Shown here in pieces: positions 37,112 to 51,320 of a stretch of 64,000 bases of DNA. Under the pieces are notes generated by a model. It did no database searches. It saw nothing but the letters and a program-made list of their open reading frames with translations, and was not told the DNA's origin. This DNA is from the human T2T-CHM13v2.0 reference genome, Homo sapiens. The first letter of the stretch is position 1; each line of letters starts with the position of its first letter. The translations under genes were made by a program, and so were the position numbers. The stretch lies in the NCBI RefSeq assembly GCF_009914755.1, contig NC_060933.1. One strand, written 5' to 3'.

Positions 37112-37929
37112 AGAAATGCAGATGTTTTAAAACTCCCTCTCTACAGATCTTATCATATAACCAGGAAAGAGTAACCACCAGAGAGGAGAAAATAAGTCAT
37201 TACCATGTCCAGACAGACTTTTCATCTATCCTTCTGAGGGCAGCTCAGAGAGATTATGGGAAAGATTTTATCTGCATAATGACAACCTTTGTTTACAATG
37301 AAGTTCTGGTCCCACCTTTCCATAATTTGCTTGTACTTCCCCCAGAGCTCAGACGAACTTTGTACCAGGCCAATTGTATTTTCTTTGAGCTCATTCATTT
37401 TCCCTAAAATAATTTACTTTCCCTCTAGATGTGCCCACAGTCCCCCTTTTCCCTGTCCCCTGTGAATAGGATATTTAAGAATTAACCAACTAGAGGGCAT
37501 TTAAGGCTTAACCAAAGCTCTTCTTTGAGTCTCATATTTTTAGGACTCCCATCTCCATGTGCATATTAATAAATTGCATGCATTTTTCCCTTGTTAATCT
37601 GTCTATTGTCAGCTCATTTCAGCAGTGAACTATCAGAGGGCAGAGGGGAAGATTTCTCTCTGCCCCTACAGTAGTTTGATATTTACAGAAACTTTATAGA
37701 ACATAACTACTGTGAATAATGAGAATCAACTGTATATGTCACCTTTGAATACCTCTCTTCTCTCTTCACTGCATTCCTTTGGCACAGAGATGGAGCCAAA
37801 CTCTAGTGGCTAGGGAAGTAAATAAAAGACTGGGTCTGAGTCACCTGTTTCCCTAAAGGTAGCATCACCCTCTGAAGGTGCCCCTTACAGGCCTCTCTGG
37901 GAAGGGTTTCACAATCTCCTTCCACACTT

Positions 37930-38130
37930 TACAGTTGGCAAATTATGGAGCCAAGGGCCAAATCCAGTCCCCATTTGGGCAACAAGCTAAGAATGTTTTT
38001 TACATTAATGACAGGCTGGGGAAAAAAAAAAAACAGCAAAGAAAATAATATGACCTAAAACTGTATGTGACACATAAAGCCTAAATATTTACTATCTGGG
38101 CCTTTACAGAAAAAGCTTGCTGACCCCTTC
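37930..38130. mobile_element. MER58B-like hAT MITE
   Basis: ggcaaattatgg...aagctaagaatg...gcctttacagaaaaagcttgctgacccct. Confidence 0.7.
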
Positions 38131-38578
38131 TTTGCAGCCTCAAGTATAGCAAATATCTAGTGTTTGGGAAATAATTTAAAACAAAACCTGTTCAGGAAAC
38201 CTCTCCACAAAAGTAGAATAGATGTTGTTGAATAAGCACTAAAGCTCACTTCAATGTGCATCACAAGAAATCTGCCAAAGAGATTGAAAAACAGACAGAA
38301 ATCTCACCCTTTCATGTGGCCAAGTAGGTAAAACCCTCACATACACGTTCTCAAGATCGATGATAAGTAGTTTGCAAGTAAGTAAAAGGACTTGACAGCA
38401 CCACTTGCCACATAGAGTTCATCCCAGATTCACTGGGTAATTGAAATTGGCCATGGGTGCTTGCTAATTACCTTTATCCAAAGGAAAAACAAATTCTCAT
38501 ATCTTTATACCAGGAGGTAGTTTTGCAATGTGGAGCCCGACGCCTAGGTAACATTAGGTTCCTACCCTCCCATGAAAA

Positions 38579-39546
38579 TGTCAATAAAAAGAGTCCAACT
38601 TTGTAACACATTTGTAGAAATTTATTCTGAGCCAAATATGAGTGACCATGACCCATGACACAGCCCTCAGGAGATCCCGAGAACATGTGTCCAAGGTGGT
38701 TGCAGCACAGCCTAGTTTTATACATTTTAGGGAGACATGAGACATCAATCAAATACATTTAAGATATAAGTTGGTTCAGTCCAGAAAAGTGGGACAACTC
38801 AAAGCAAGGGGGTGTCCGGGTTATAGGTAGAATGAAAAATTTCAGATTGGCAATTGCTTGAAAGAGTTATTATCATAGAAAACAATGTCTGGGTTATGAT
38901 AAGAGGTTGCAGAGACCAAAGTTTTATCATGAAGATGAAGCCTCCATTTCGCAGGCTTCAGAGAAAATAGATTGTACAGGTTTCTTCTCAGACCTAAGGC
39001 TTGTGTTGATGTTAAATGGTGATTGGCTTTTCCTGAATTCCAAGAGGAAAGAGGGCATAATGAGGCATATCTGACCCTCCCTCCCCATTGTTGTGGGACT
39101 TTTCCTTAGTTCAGCTAAAGATGCAGTCTTTGTCCCATGGCCACGAAAATTTAGGCTTGCAGACGAGTTGAAGGGTGAGTAAAGCAGGGTTTTATTGGGT
39201 GAAAAGGAAAAAAAAGGGGGAACAGGGACCCTCTGCAAAGTCAGAGTCTCTGCTGGTGTGCTTCCTGCCTTGCAGATTGAATCCCAGTTTCCACACAGGA
39301 AGAGGTGGGACCAGGCTCCTCCCTCTGCAAACAGTGCAAACTTCTGTGGCTCCACCCCAAGGTGCATTCCTTCCAGTGTGGGCTGGTTGCAGTTTCACTG
39401 GGGACCCTCTCCCACCTGGCTGTCTCACCATCATGGCCTAAACCAGTCTTTCAGGTTAAATTTAGGGTGCCCTGGCAGAGGAGGGGTCCATTCAGATGTT
39501 TGTGAGGGGTGGAGGGGGTGGCTATGAGTTTTATTTTTGGTTTATA
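38579..39546 (-). mobile_element. MER4A-type LTR
   Basis: tgtcaataaaaagagtc...tttattctgagccaaatatgagtgacc...ttttatttttggttta. Confidence 0.8.
39089..39427 (-). mobile_element. MER61-type LTR nested in MER4A
   Basis: tgttgtgggac...gctgtctca; TSD CCAT. Confidence 0.75.
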
Positions 39547-40972
39547 AAGATGAGGGGATGAGGTACAATCCTCCTTGGTGATTCTATCTCAGAGATAGTT
39601 CCAGACCCTTGAGAAACACATTCCTACATTGTAAAACCTGCAAGAGACTTATCTTTTTTCTTTAAAAAATTGCTATATCCCTAAGAAGCAGAGAAAGAAT
39701 TTATGTTTCTGAAAGAAAATATTCTGAGGAAATGGTGGTGGTGGTGGTGGAGATCTCTTTCCCTTTTTCCATCAGGGAGAATTATTATTTTTTTCCTATG
39801 TTCCATTTGTATTTACTGTTACACTAGTTAACTAAGTATCTAGCCAAAAGGAACTATAATTTGAGAAGGTGGTTCCCATGACTTCTCCTCTTTCTTTTCT
39901 TTCAGACTTCTGCTTCCTCAGAAATGCCCTCATTTTGTCCCAAGGTACTCAGATCTGTCACTCTACTTGAATCCAATCAGCAAAACAACAGCTCTGCAGT
40001 TAGCTGACTTGCTTCTAACCTCCATCATCTAAAGTAGAATATTAACCTCTTATATCGTTATTCAAAATTGTCACCTGGGGTTTCAGCTCCTATTCTAACA
40101 GGTCAATAGAAGCATTTCCTGAAGAGAAACAGGAGTGTGTGTGTTTTGGGAGTACGGAAGATATTTCTACTAAGAAAAGGAGTTTTTCTCCACAGTGTTA
40201 ACATTAGAAATCTAGCACCTATCATTTCACAAATTGAATACCTGAGGCTTAGGGAGGTGAAGTGACTTCCTTGAAGGAAACAAGTAGCAAATGTGGAGGT
40301 TCATGTCTGCAGCCTATAGAACCCAGGAACCCTCTTTCCACTATGCCAGACTAACCTGGGAACCCAATTAGCTGCCATCAAAAGTATAAGAATTCTTTTT
40401 ATTTGCCTATTATCTCTCATGATAAGTGAATCAATTACTTACTGAGCACAATTCCTACAAAGTGCAAAATGACCAAAGTCCCCAGAGTAGCTTCCTCTAC
40501 ATCGTGAGCTGCAACTCCAGTAAAAGAGGCTGGCAACTCTCAAAGACAAAATGCACTGGACTGTGGAGCATATGATTTCATTAGGACTATTTGTAATAGA
40601 GAGAACATGGCCAGATCTCAGCAGGTTGTGACTGTTTAACTGGTGGTATAATTTACTATCAAAATTATTCTGCAATCGGGGGGGTCTTAGTCAACTCAAC
40701 AGGAAATGTTTATCTTAGGATTTTGTTAGTTCGGAGGGACAAACAGTTCTAATCTTAGCTGATTAATAATGAGACAAAGAATGGGTGGTTGGAGGATCTG
40801 TGTTTTGCCTTGTCAGCAGACTTAGGCCAAAGGGGAAAGGTCTGTGTTTGATCTTGTCAACAGCAATGTGCTAATTGTGACTCCTAATGGGGATGGAGCT
40901 TGGTGTGTGCTTGGACATGGCATTCCATATGTGCCCAGGACATGCTGTCTTTTTAAGAGAAAATAAGAATCT

Positions 40973-41319
<347 letters not shown>

Positions 41320-41436
41320 TCATTACCTAAAGTGTTCATTTATTACCAAATGATTAACTTTCTATTTATGTGTGAGGTTTGTGGGAGACCATAGAGAAGT
41401 TTTGTTTAAAACATCTACGTATTTCTTTACATAATT

Positions 41437-41674
41437 CATTTATTATATCCCTTGTTGAATGTTCTGGCTGAGAAAGATTTAATTTAAGCTTTCCATCAAT
41501 GAGAACAAAGATGAGGCTTGCTGAAATATGTTGATGTTCACTGGACAGCAAATATCCTGCTCTGTTCTATATTCAAAGTTGAAAAGTGATGGAAACCTCA
41601 TCCTCATCCTCAGGGCTCAGAAAAGTCACAAGGTCTTTGACTTTGAAGAGTGGAACAAGAGGGCAACATGTTTT
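41437..41674 (-). pseudogene. CNTNAP-like exon 8 relic (LamG2)
   Basis: Reads LVTFLSPEDEDEVSITFQL*I*NRAGYLLSSEHQHISASLIFVLIDGKLKLNLSQPEHSTRDII, versus recalled [73 protein letters not shown]. Two stops, an internal deletion, acceptor ttactag intact, donor lost. Confidence 0.88.
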
Positions 41675-42316
41675 CTAGTAAGTAAAGTAAGTGAGGCTAT
41701 GGAGTAGGTTTCAGAGTGGCACTTTCAATCTTACTCGGACATGTCAAAGTCTTTACAAAGGCTTCTTCTAGACCTGTAAGCCTAGAATTAATATAAACGC
41801 TCACCTAGGTCAAATTCAATGATATTTATCTTAAAGGACTTTCAAATCTAAGTGGGTTTCAATAAGGCAAACCCTTCTGAGTCTTTTATTTCCCTAAGCA
41901 TAAAATTCTATCTTCTCTACCTTCTGTACTTCTCAGCATTAGCAAAGGAATCTCATGATAATTGAATTCAATAGTAGTTTATCTGATGCCAACTATTTTC
42001 CCGTCTCTATGCTGGGCCCTGGGTACACAACAATGAAAACAATGTCCTCCTCTCCACTACCCAGGCTGCCTTCTCCTCTAAATTGAACAATTGTCTGTGA
42101 TTCACCAACAACAAGAACTTTTCTTTACTTACCTACCTAAAATATATAAACACAATTGACAACTTTAGGCATGTTCTTTCAATTGGAGGACAATTACAAA
42201 TAGTTGTCCTTTGTATTGATGAAAAGGCTAGTGGCAAGGTTGGTTGTGGCCTGGGCAGCAGGCTAGATGGGCCTCTCAGGAGGACTTGCTAGGTTGCAGT
42301 GCCCCAGAGCAATTTA

Positions 42317-42527
<211 letters not shown>

Positions 42528-42987
42528 CAAAAAGAGAGGAAAAACAAACTTTCAATTATGACAAGTGCAAAAATCTTTTTATTTTGAGGTTTAGCATTTC
42601 TCAAAATAATTACAGTTACATGCTTCCGTACTACATACTTCTCTCTCAAAGATTAGTTGGTTGGATTTATCTAGGGCTTGAACACAATATCCTATCAACC
42701 TTGTAATCCTTTACATATCATTTGTATTGTTTTTACTCATTTAGCTCAGTTTCCATTGAAATGTTACCTTTGCTCATTATTGCTACCTCTAAATGTCCTG
42801 TCCTTGTTTTTATGAGAACGGTGTGTAGCTATGTTGTTACATTAGAACTATATAAAGAGCATTAAAAGATGTACTTATTTCACAAATTGTTAAAATATAA
42901 ACAAAATATAAAGCAAAAGACAATAGAGATATATAAACATAGCCCTTAAGAGCTGTAGATACACTCTTTTTTTGCCAAAGATTTCTA

Positions 42988-43238
42988 TTTTTTATTGTAG
43001 ATTTGGAGCGGGGGTACATGTGCAGGTTTGCTACAAGGATATATTGCATGATGCTGAGGTTTGGGTTTCAACTGAATCCATCACCCAAATAGTGAACATA
43101 GTACCCGATAGGTAGTTTTTCACCCTTTGCCCCTTCCCTCTTTTCTGTCCTTCAGATTCTCCAGAATCTATTGTTCTCATTTTTGTGTACATGTGTACCT
43201 AATGTTTAGCTTCCACTTGTAGGTAAGAACATGTGATA
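42988..43238 (-). mobile_element. L1P 3'-end fragment in CNTNAP-like intron 5
   Basis: ggtacatgtgcaggtttgctacaagg...aatgtttagcttccacttgt. Confidence 0.8.
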
Positions 43239-43301
43239 TAAATATACTCTTAAATTGTTCAAAGACTATGAATGCATCAAAAATATTTCCAAATGCCTTG
43301 C

Positions 43302-43486
43302 CTGAGAGTTTTATCTGAGTGAAAAGAGTTTTCTTTTTATTAATCCCAGGTTGATATGAGCTCCACTTTGTTCTCTGTGGAGTAAAATCCTATCTCTCTG
43401 AGGTTTTTGTTTTTAACAATTCTCATTGATTTTTATTGTACATATAAAAATGAAATCATTTAAGAAGATTCATAATGACAAGATAT
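43302..43486 (-). pseudogene. CNTNAP-like exon 5 relic (first LamG domain)
   Basis: Minus strand reads KPQRDRILLHREQSGAHINLGLIKRKLFSLR*NSQ, versus recalled CNTNAP3 [36 protein letters not shown]. Acceptor ccctacag; donor CAG|gcaagg. The 5' third is poorly conserved. Confidence 0.8.
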
Positions 43487-43514
43487 CTGTAGGGTAAACC
43501 CAGAAAGGGTTCAA

Positions 43515-44480
43515 GCTTTATGACAGCAAAGGAAACAATTAATAGATTGAAAAGGCAACCTATAAAATAGGAGAAAATATTTGCAAACTATTTATCTAAT
43601 AAGGTGTTAATATCCAACATATATAAGGAAACCCTACAACTGAATAGCCAGAAACAAATACCCAGATTTTTAAAAGGTGTACAGTACTTGGATTGACATT
43701 TCTCTAAAAGAATATCCGAGTAGCCAACACACATATGAAAAATGCTCAATGTCACTAATCAGAGAAATGCCAATCAAAACCATAATGAGATATCACTCCC
43801 CACTGGTTGTCAAAACAACAACAAAAAGATAACAAGTGTTAGCAAAGATGTGGAGAAGTTGGAATCCTTGTACTCTATTGGGAGTGTAAAATGGTGCAGC
43901 CACTATAGAAAACAGTATGGAGGCTCCTCAAAAACATTAAAAATAGAACTATCGTATGATCCAGCAATCCCACACTTGGTATTTATTCAAAAAATTAAGA
44001 TCTTGAAGACATATTCGAACTCTCATGTTCATTGCAGCAGTACTCACGATAGCCAGGATGTAGAAGCCGCATAAAGACCCACCGACATATGAATAGATAA
44101 GGAAAATGTGGCATCTACTTACAACAAAATATTATTGTCTGAAATGAAATCCTTCCATATGTGGCAACATGGATGAACCTTGATGACGTTATGCTAAGCG
44201 AAATAAGCCAAAAGGAAAATACAGTGTGAGTCCGTTATTATATGTCCAATATAAAATAACCCCATTCACAGAAGCACAAAGTGCAGTGGGTTACCAGGGG
44301 CTGGGAGAAGTGGAAAATAGGGAGTTACTGTTTAACAGGTATAAAGCTTCAGGTATGCAAGATGAATAAGTCCTAGAGATCTGCTATGTACAACATTGTG
44401 CCTGTAGTTAAGAACACTGTGTTGTATTCCTAAAAATTTAAGAGGGTAGCTCTCATGCTGTTTTTATCCCAATTTTTAAA
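43515..44480 (+). mobile_element. L1M (MA/MB) ORF2 3' end and 3'UTR fragment
   Basis: gagaaaatatttgcaaac...aaatggtgcagccact...tcctagagatctgctatgtacaac. Confidence 0.85.
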
Positions 44481-44685
44481 AATTAGATTGCATGGAAAAG
44501 AAGATCCTTGCACATGGACTTTTCCTCTTTCCATAATTTCAAATTGCAAGCAAATTAATCTGGGATGATGACTTATATTTCTCCTCAACTATAATTTTAC
44601 TTCTGCCTCAGGAGGATCTCCTATGAATTTCTGATAACCTAGTTTTCCTGTGCTTCTCCACTCACAGGTTGTCCTAAAATCCTAG

Positions 44686-45019
<334 letters not shown>

Positions 45020-45619
45020 GCTTGCATGGTTTTTAAATTTCAAATAAATAATACCTTTGATTGGACTCATGGGCTTCTGATCAAACCCATAGACTTTCTT
45101 TCATCAAAACTAAACACTTCAGTAGATCCTAGAAAAACAGTGAAAACTATCCAAGTATAAAAATGATGCTGAATAAGGTGTTTAAAATATATGAAGCTTT
45201 ATACATACACATACTTCTTTAGTATGAGGTTATCTCTGGCCTATTCACTTAAGGAAAAACATACCACCAGAAATGGAATTCCCTTTCAGTATCAGAGGTT
45301 AATATGTTAAATCCCATTGTTAGCTAACATTTTTCTAAAATACACCAACTAGAAGTTTGTCTTATACCCTACTCTTTACTGCTCCTATCTTACACGTATC
45401 ATTATGAAAACAAATAAATGTCCATTTTGTTTCCTTTTTAAAAAACATATGATAATCAAAACATTTGGTCAACGTCTACTCCATCTTTTTGTTTATTTAA
45501 AGACAACTTTTATGAAATGATAATATTGGAAAGTTATGATATCCTTCAGCTAGTTGCAAAGACTAAAGAAAATATGCTACTCAAGGTAAATGATTTGTAA
45601 CCCCTGAGCAGAGTCACAG

Positions 45620-45627
45620 TCTCTCTC

Positions 45628-45703
<76 letters not shown>
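45620..45703. repeat. Compound (CT)n(CA)n microsatellite
   Basis: Read directly. Confidence 0.95.
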
Positions 45704-45705
<2 letters not shown>

Positions 45706-46801
45706 TTTAGAATCTTCAAAAACCACTTCCAATACAAACTAGGTATCTGAAGTAAAGAGATACTCATTTTGGCTGAATAAAAGGCAAATTCATTTTGTGT
45801 TTTTCAACTTATTTTTAGAGAAAGCTTTGAAATGACATTACAAGTCATGTCTTTTGCAGCCCTGTCATAACCATGTCACTGTACTTTCAGCTTCTCAATT
45901 CCTTGGCAGGTCACATGCATTGTCATGTTGAATATCAGTATTTTAAAAGAATAGCTGTCAACATCAGTGGCATCCTGAAAAAGATGTACAAAGAAGCTCA
46001 TATTACCCAGAAAAATCTCACATTGTCTTTCATACTTCAGAAATAAAAAGGGAAAAGGAAAGGTAATTGTCCTTTAAACATACATTTATATAGATGCCAG
46101 AGAAACCAAATAAAATAGGAAGCTATTTTTCAACTGACATGTTCTAAGTCAATATAATGGCATTACATATTTTCTCAATTTGTTTAATTTGATTTTAAAA
46201 GTCACAAACATTTGAATCTACGGGTATGAATTTCATTCACATTATATATAATGTAAAATATTTACTTCCATGATTTTAAAAAGCTTGTCTATTTTGTGTA
46301 GTTTTCTTTTGAAAATTTAATGTGTTTTCTCACATCTTGTTAATGTACTTCTAAAAATTCATTTACCGAGTACACAATGAGTAAGCATCAAATTACATCT
46401 AAATAATCTGTTGATTGGACAGTTTCTCCTCATACACTACAGAACAATTAGGCACAATAGAAAAAAATCTCTATGTCAAATATAAGTGATTTTTAAAAGT
46501 GATTATTAATCATAATAACATAAGAACAATTGGAGCAGGGCCTTCAATATTGTCACATTTATGACAGTACAGTTATCTTTGTGTTACGAGTATCTTAAAT
46601 AAGAATAGTAAGGTTTTATTTTATATGAGAACTATTTTTACAATTTAGCTAATTATAAAAAGTTTGCTTTGAGATATAGTCTAGGTTATTTTGGTATGTT
46701 CTTTTCTCTTTTTCATCTTGGCTAGTATTACTGTTAGATTGTAATAGCAATATTTATCCTCCATGGCATATAACATCTGCCATTTCAGTCTTCCGAAGTG
46801 A

Positions 46802-47397
46802 TGTTGTTGGGGTTCAGAACACAATACTCCAACAGATGGCACCTTGGCCTGCTGAATACTTTGAACTAAAGGAGACTGGAGGCTTCAGAATCAAGGGCAA
46901 GGTCGCTGACCTTCTCCTGCCCTCCTGTCTCCCTCCCCTCTCATTACTCTGAAGCTGAAACCAGAATTCCTTTTCCCCAAGGCAAGTCACAGAATCTAGA
47001 GCCCCTCTTCCCCAAAGCAAGTCATAAAACCTAGAAAAGTCATTCTTTTCCTTCTCCCTTGAAGACTGTGTGTCCCACACCAGGAGAAATAAATGCAGCT
47101 TAGAGGCCAGGAAGACAGGTCTTGCTGGGTTCTTTCTCAGCCTATTACCATGGGATCATTCCTTTTTGTCCAATCACATTTCCACATCGCTGTCCCTTCT
47201 TCATGAAGCCTACCTATAAAAATAGATGATTTCCCTGGGTCTTTGGTTCTTCATTTTTGAAGGCTCTTCTGACATGTAAAACTTTGATTAAATTGATTTG
47301 CTATACTTTTCTTTAAACTGCCTTTTGTTATAGGAGTACTGGTTGTGACCTTTCTGATGGGGAACTTTGGAAAGGTATCACCCCTTTCTGCCCTTAC
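46802..47397 (+). mobile_element. MER39/MER34-group LTR
   Basis: tgttggggttcagaacacaatactcc...gaatactttgaactaaaggag...cccttac. Confidence 0.7.
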
Positions 47398-48028
47398 TGT
47401 ATAAAGAGTAAACAGGTAGTTGAGACACAGAACAATATCATAAAATTTCTTTTGTCCTTTAGACAAGGCCTTGACTTTTTCTCCATTGAGATTTTGATCG
47501 ACTGCAAATAAAAATGGAAACTTATTTCATATATTTTAACATAAGACTATCCAACCATTTCTAGACTAAAAGCAGCGATCATGAAGCAGATTCTGCTAAT
47601 CGGCTGTTTCTATTTCATTAGAATTTTTTGCATGGTTAACTGAGATTGTAACTGTAATTTTATTTTTTGTATTTAATCTTTTAAAAGTAATTTAGCTTTA
47701 ATGTTGTACTTATTTCATAAAATGAATTAGAAAGCTTTTATCAGTTTTCAATTCTTCGGAATAGTATAGACTGCACTGGAATTTACTTCTCTTTAAAGGA
47801 GCGATACAATTCTCTTAGAAAGTAGTGGCCACCTAATATTCTGAAGGACTGACATTTTTCTTTGTCTTTTGCATGGAAGTCAGTCAATTTAGACTTTTCT
47901 AATTTTTATAGGATTCATTTTGTTAAATTATATTTTCTTGGAAAATTATATACTTTATTAAGATTATCAAACTAATTTGAATAACTAAGCTAAATAGATT
48001 CTTACAATTCTTTTAATTTCCTCATTAG

Positions 48029-48366
<338 letters not shown>

Positions 48367-50942
48367 GGCCTGGAAATCTTATCTAAAACGTAGCAACTGC
48401 TGGAAAAAGGGCCTGGGGCCTGGGGGGCGGGGGTGGTTCTTGTCACAGCCCCCAGGCTCCTGTCTCAGGGATGAATGTGGCCTTCTCATTGGGATTCTTC
48501 TCTTGTCCAAAAGGGCTGCTTTTGGGGACTAACAATACTGGGGAGTGGGGGTGAAGCCAGACCTAGCTCAGGGTGAGGATTTCGGGGCCCTGGCTTACTG
48601 AACACACCCCACACCCCAACATTCTCCTCCTTCTATCTCTTCCTCTTCTCCCGACCGCTTTTGTGCCGGGGCTGCGAGCTCCCTGAGTTGTGCGGTGACT
48701 AAATCGAGGCCGAGAAGGGAGGCTGCCCCCCAACCCTGTGGGTCAGTGCCCCTCTGCCAGCCTAGGAGAAAGTGGGTTTACAGCAGCCGAGCTGGGGGTT
48801 ATTTTGGCTGGAGCTGCTGGAGCAGAAAGGCAGGAGTCTGAAATGCTCGGCAGGGTCTGGGGACCTTGTTGGACCCGCCTGGTGACCGGCTGGGCTGTCG
48901 CGTCCTACACGGGAGCTCCGGGCTTTCATTTCTCTTGTGGTGGGGTGGGGATTAACTCAGCTATTCCCATGGTAAGCCTGGGTCTCTAATTGGGCCCTGG
49001 GAGCCCTGTTAGGCCACCGGCATTGGGGGTCGGTGAGGAAGGGGACTCCCCAACTCCCCCGACTCCCAACCGCCCAACCTCCGCATAGCCTTGGAGACCC
49101 CTGGGGGAGGGGGCTGGGGGGCTTCTGAGCCCCTGAGTCTAGGTTCACTCTCCCGTCGGGCTGTGGGAGGGGACTTTCACTTTCCTTTGTCTTTGGGGAC
49201 GGGACCCCACTTTCTTCTGATCTCAGGGCCATTGACACACACCCCCTTTCCAGGAGGGGGTGGTGGGCAGCTAGGTTCTCCCTGCCCCTTCCCGGGGCCG
49301 GCACCGTAGCAGCACAATCACCCCGGGAAGGGGGTGTCTTTTCGCCCCAAGACGCAATCGGGCCCCACTCGCAGAACCGCCTGGACCCCGTCCGTGTCTG
49401 CCCTCCGGCCTCCAGGGCTCCTCTCCCCGGAGCCGCTGTCCCGCGCCTGGGTCCCGCGCTGGGGGAAGCGCCTGCTGCTTATCTCTGTCTACCTCAGGTC
49501 TGACTTTTGATGCCAAAATCTGAGCCCCTGGGGTGCCTCTCCCCCGCCTCCCGTGCACCAGGGTCTGCAGCAGCCACTGGGGCCTGGTTGCCTGCTGCAT
49601 CTGGCGGCCCTGGAGGGGGCCATGGGCCCCTTTGCACCCGCCCGCCTCGGTGTCTGGGGAGGGGCTGCGCAGGGCCGTGGGCTGGGTGGTCTCTCTCGGG
49701 CTGCGTGTGTTGCGCTCCCGTGTGCACGTGTGTGTGTCGGGAATCCTGCGTGTCGTGCCTGTGTGGGCGATCCGGCCCCCTGGCTGTGGGTGGGACTGGA
49801 TTCTAACTCAGGGAACTTGGGCCTGCTGTTAACTTCGATGATTGTAGGGACAGGTGGGGCGGGCGGTGGGTGGGCACGGGGCTGGGTCCTGGGCGGCCTG
49901 GCGACTCCAGGAGAAGGAAATCACTGAAGGCAGTGGTCGTGGAAATGGGAGGGGGTCGCAGGGGGTCTGTGGGGCCCGGTCCTGGATACTGGGCAGGAAG
50001 CCTTGGTCTCCAGAGGGTACTCCCTGCCTCAGGTGGCCCCGTTCAACCCCAGCCGTACCCATCTCCCGCCACTGCCTGTCGGTGGGGGTTTAAAGTTGGG
50101 GTGGCTTTCTGGGGTGCAGCTCAGCATCCCCTCTTATGCAGACTGGGATGGGGTCGGGCACCTCCCTCAGCCACGAGGACCCTGGACGGGTTCGAGTTCT
50201 CTTGGGGCCGTGGGGTTAGCTGTGTACTGGGCGGGGACCCCACACTCGAGGCCGAGCGGGGGCTCTCCCTGCTCTGAGATGTTGGGGGACAGGCAGCTTC
50301 TGGAATCTTCAGTGGGACCCTTAAGTGGCCGTCAGGACAGGCGGGAGGGTGGGCATGGGGCACTGGGGAGAGCCGGGGTCGTTAAGGGTCACGCATCTGT
50401 ACAGTCTGAATTTCCTTTATCTTTTTTTTTTTTTTTTACCCACTTTGTCCCTCTTTTCCCCTAATTGTGCTTTTGCATTTTTTTTTCTTGGCAAACGTAA
50501 ACTCAGCCTTTCATTCGTGACGTGTGAAATTTCAGTTTCTCTGGGGTTTGTCAGAGGATGTGGGGACCACGCCTGAAACTTAGGTAATGGAAGAAAAAAA
50601 AATAGACTTTAAAAAAATTAAAAATAAAAGAATCATAAAACTACTCTCTACCTCTGGCTGGGCCCAGCCTTTCTTGCCCTGGCCGCAGCAGGGTGGCCTG
50701 TAACAATTTCAGTTTTTGCAGAACATCCAGGTATTGAAAGGAAAAAAAATAAAAAAAGACAAAAAGACCAGAAAAAAGGTGTGATTTTGAAATTTAAAAG
50801 AACGCTGAAAGTTTACATTTTATAATAGCATTATTATGCAGATTGTATTTTAACTTCAGAAATATTTAAGACGATTGTAACCCTGTAAAGCTGATAAGAT
50901 ATTAAAACGAGACAAAACACTTCTTTTAACAGAAAAAAAAAA
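48367..50942 (+). pseudogene. Retroposed copy of a long GC-rich mRNA 3'UTR (no CDS); parent gene not identified
   Basis: Abrupt GC/CpG-rich block in AT-rich surroundings, grading into AU-rich UTR-like sequence. ATTAAA at 50901-50906, poly(A) at about 50933-50942, then an immediate junction with THE1-int at an AGAAA site. Confidence 0.75.
49290..49790. promoter_or_regulatory. CpG-island-like core within the retrocopy
   Basis: Visibly dense CpG dinucleotides and high GC; not computed formally. Confidence 0.5.
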
Positions 50943-50946
50943 GAAA

Positions 50947-51320
50947 GAAATTTCTTCTGTCAGATAATCTAAATCATCTCTCTGAAGTTCAAAGTTCCAC
51001 AGATCTCTAGGGCAGGGGCAAAATGCTGCCAGTCTCTTTGCTAAAACATAACAAGAGTCACTTTTGCTCCAGTTCCCAACAAGTTGCTCATCTCCATCTG
51101 AGACCACCTCAGCCTGGCCCTTATTGTTCATATCACTATCAGCTTTTTTGTCAAAGCCATTCAACAAGTCTCTGGGAAGTTTCAAACTTTCCCATATTTT
51201 CCTGTCTTCTTCTGAGCCCTCTAAACTGTTCCAACCTCTGCCTTTTACCCAGTTCCAAAATTGCTTCCGCATTTTCGGATGTCTTTTCAGCAGCACCCCA
51301 CTCTACTGGTACCAATTTAC
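50947..51320 (-). mobile_element. THE1-int 5' portion (truncated)
   Basis: Typical MaLR internal sequence; source of ORF 50856..51296 (WNSLEGSEEDRK...). Confidence 0.88.

Larger units (their letters stand above)
38160..39822 (-). mobile_element. ERV1 LTR (MER65-like) hosting MER4A
   Basis: LTR-like sequence on both sides of MER4A, ending ...tactgttaca; family uncertain. Confidence 0.5.

Noticed and set aside
39945-40035. LDDGG*KQVS...LI.DS pattern resembling CNTNAP exon 9
   Set aside because: Needs a large deletion and several frameshifts; too weak to call.
48738-50576. Cluster of overlapping G/P/A/R-rich ORFs on both strands
   Set aside because: Expected from stop-codon scarcity in GC-rich DNA; no recognisable domain or dominant frame.
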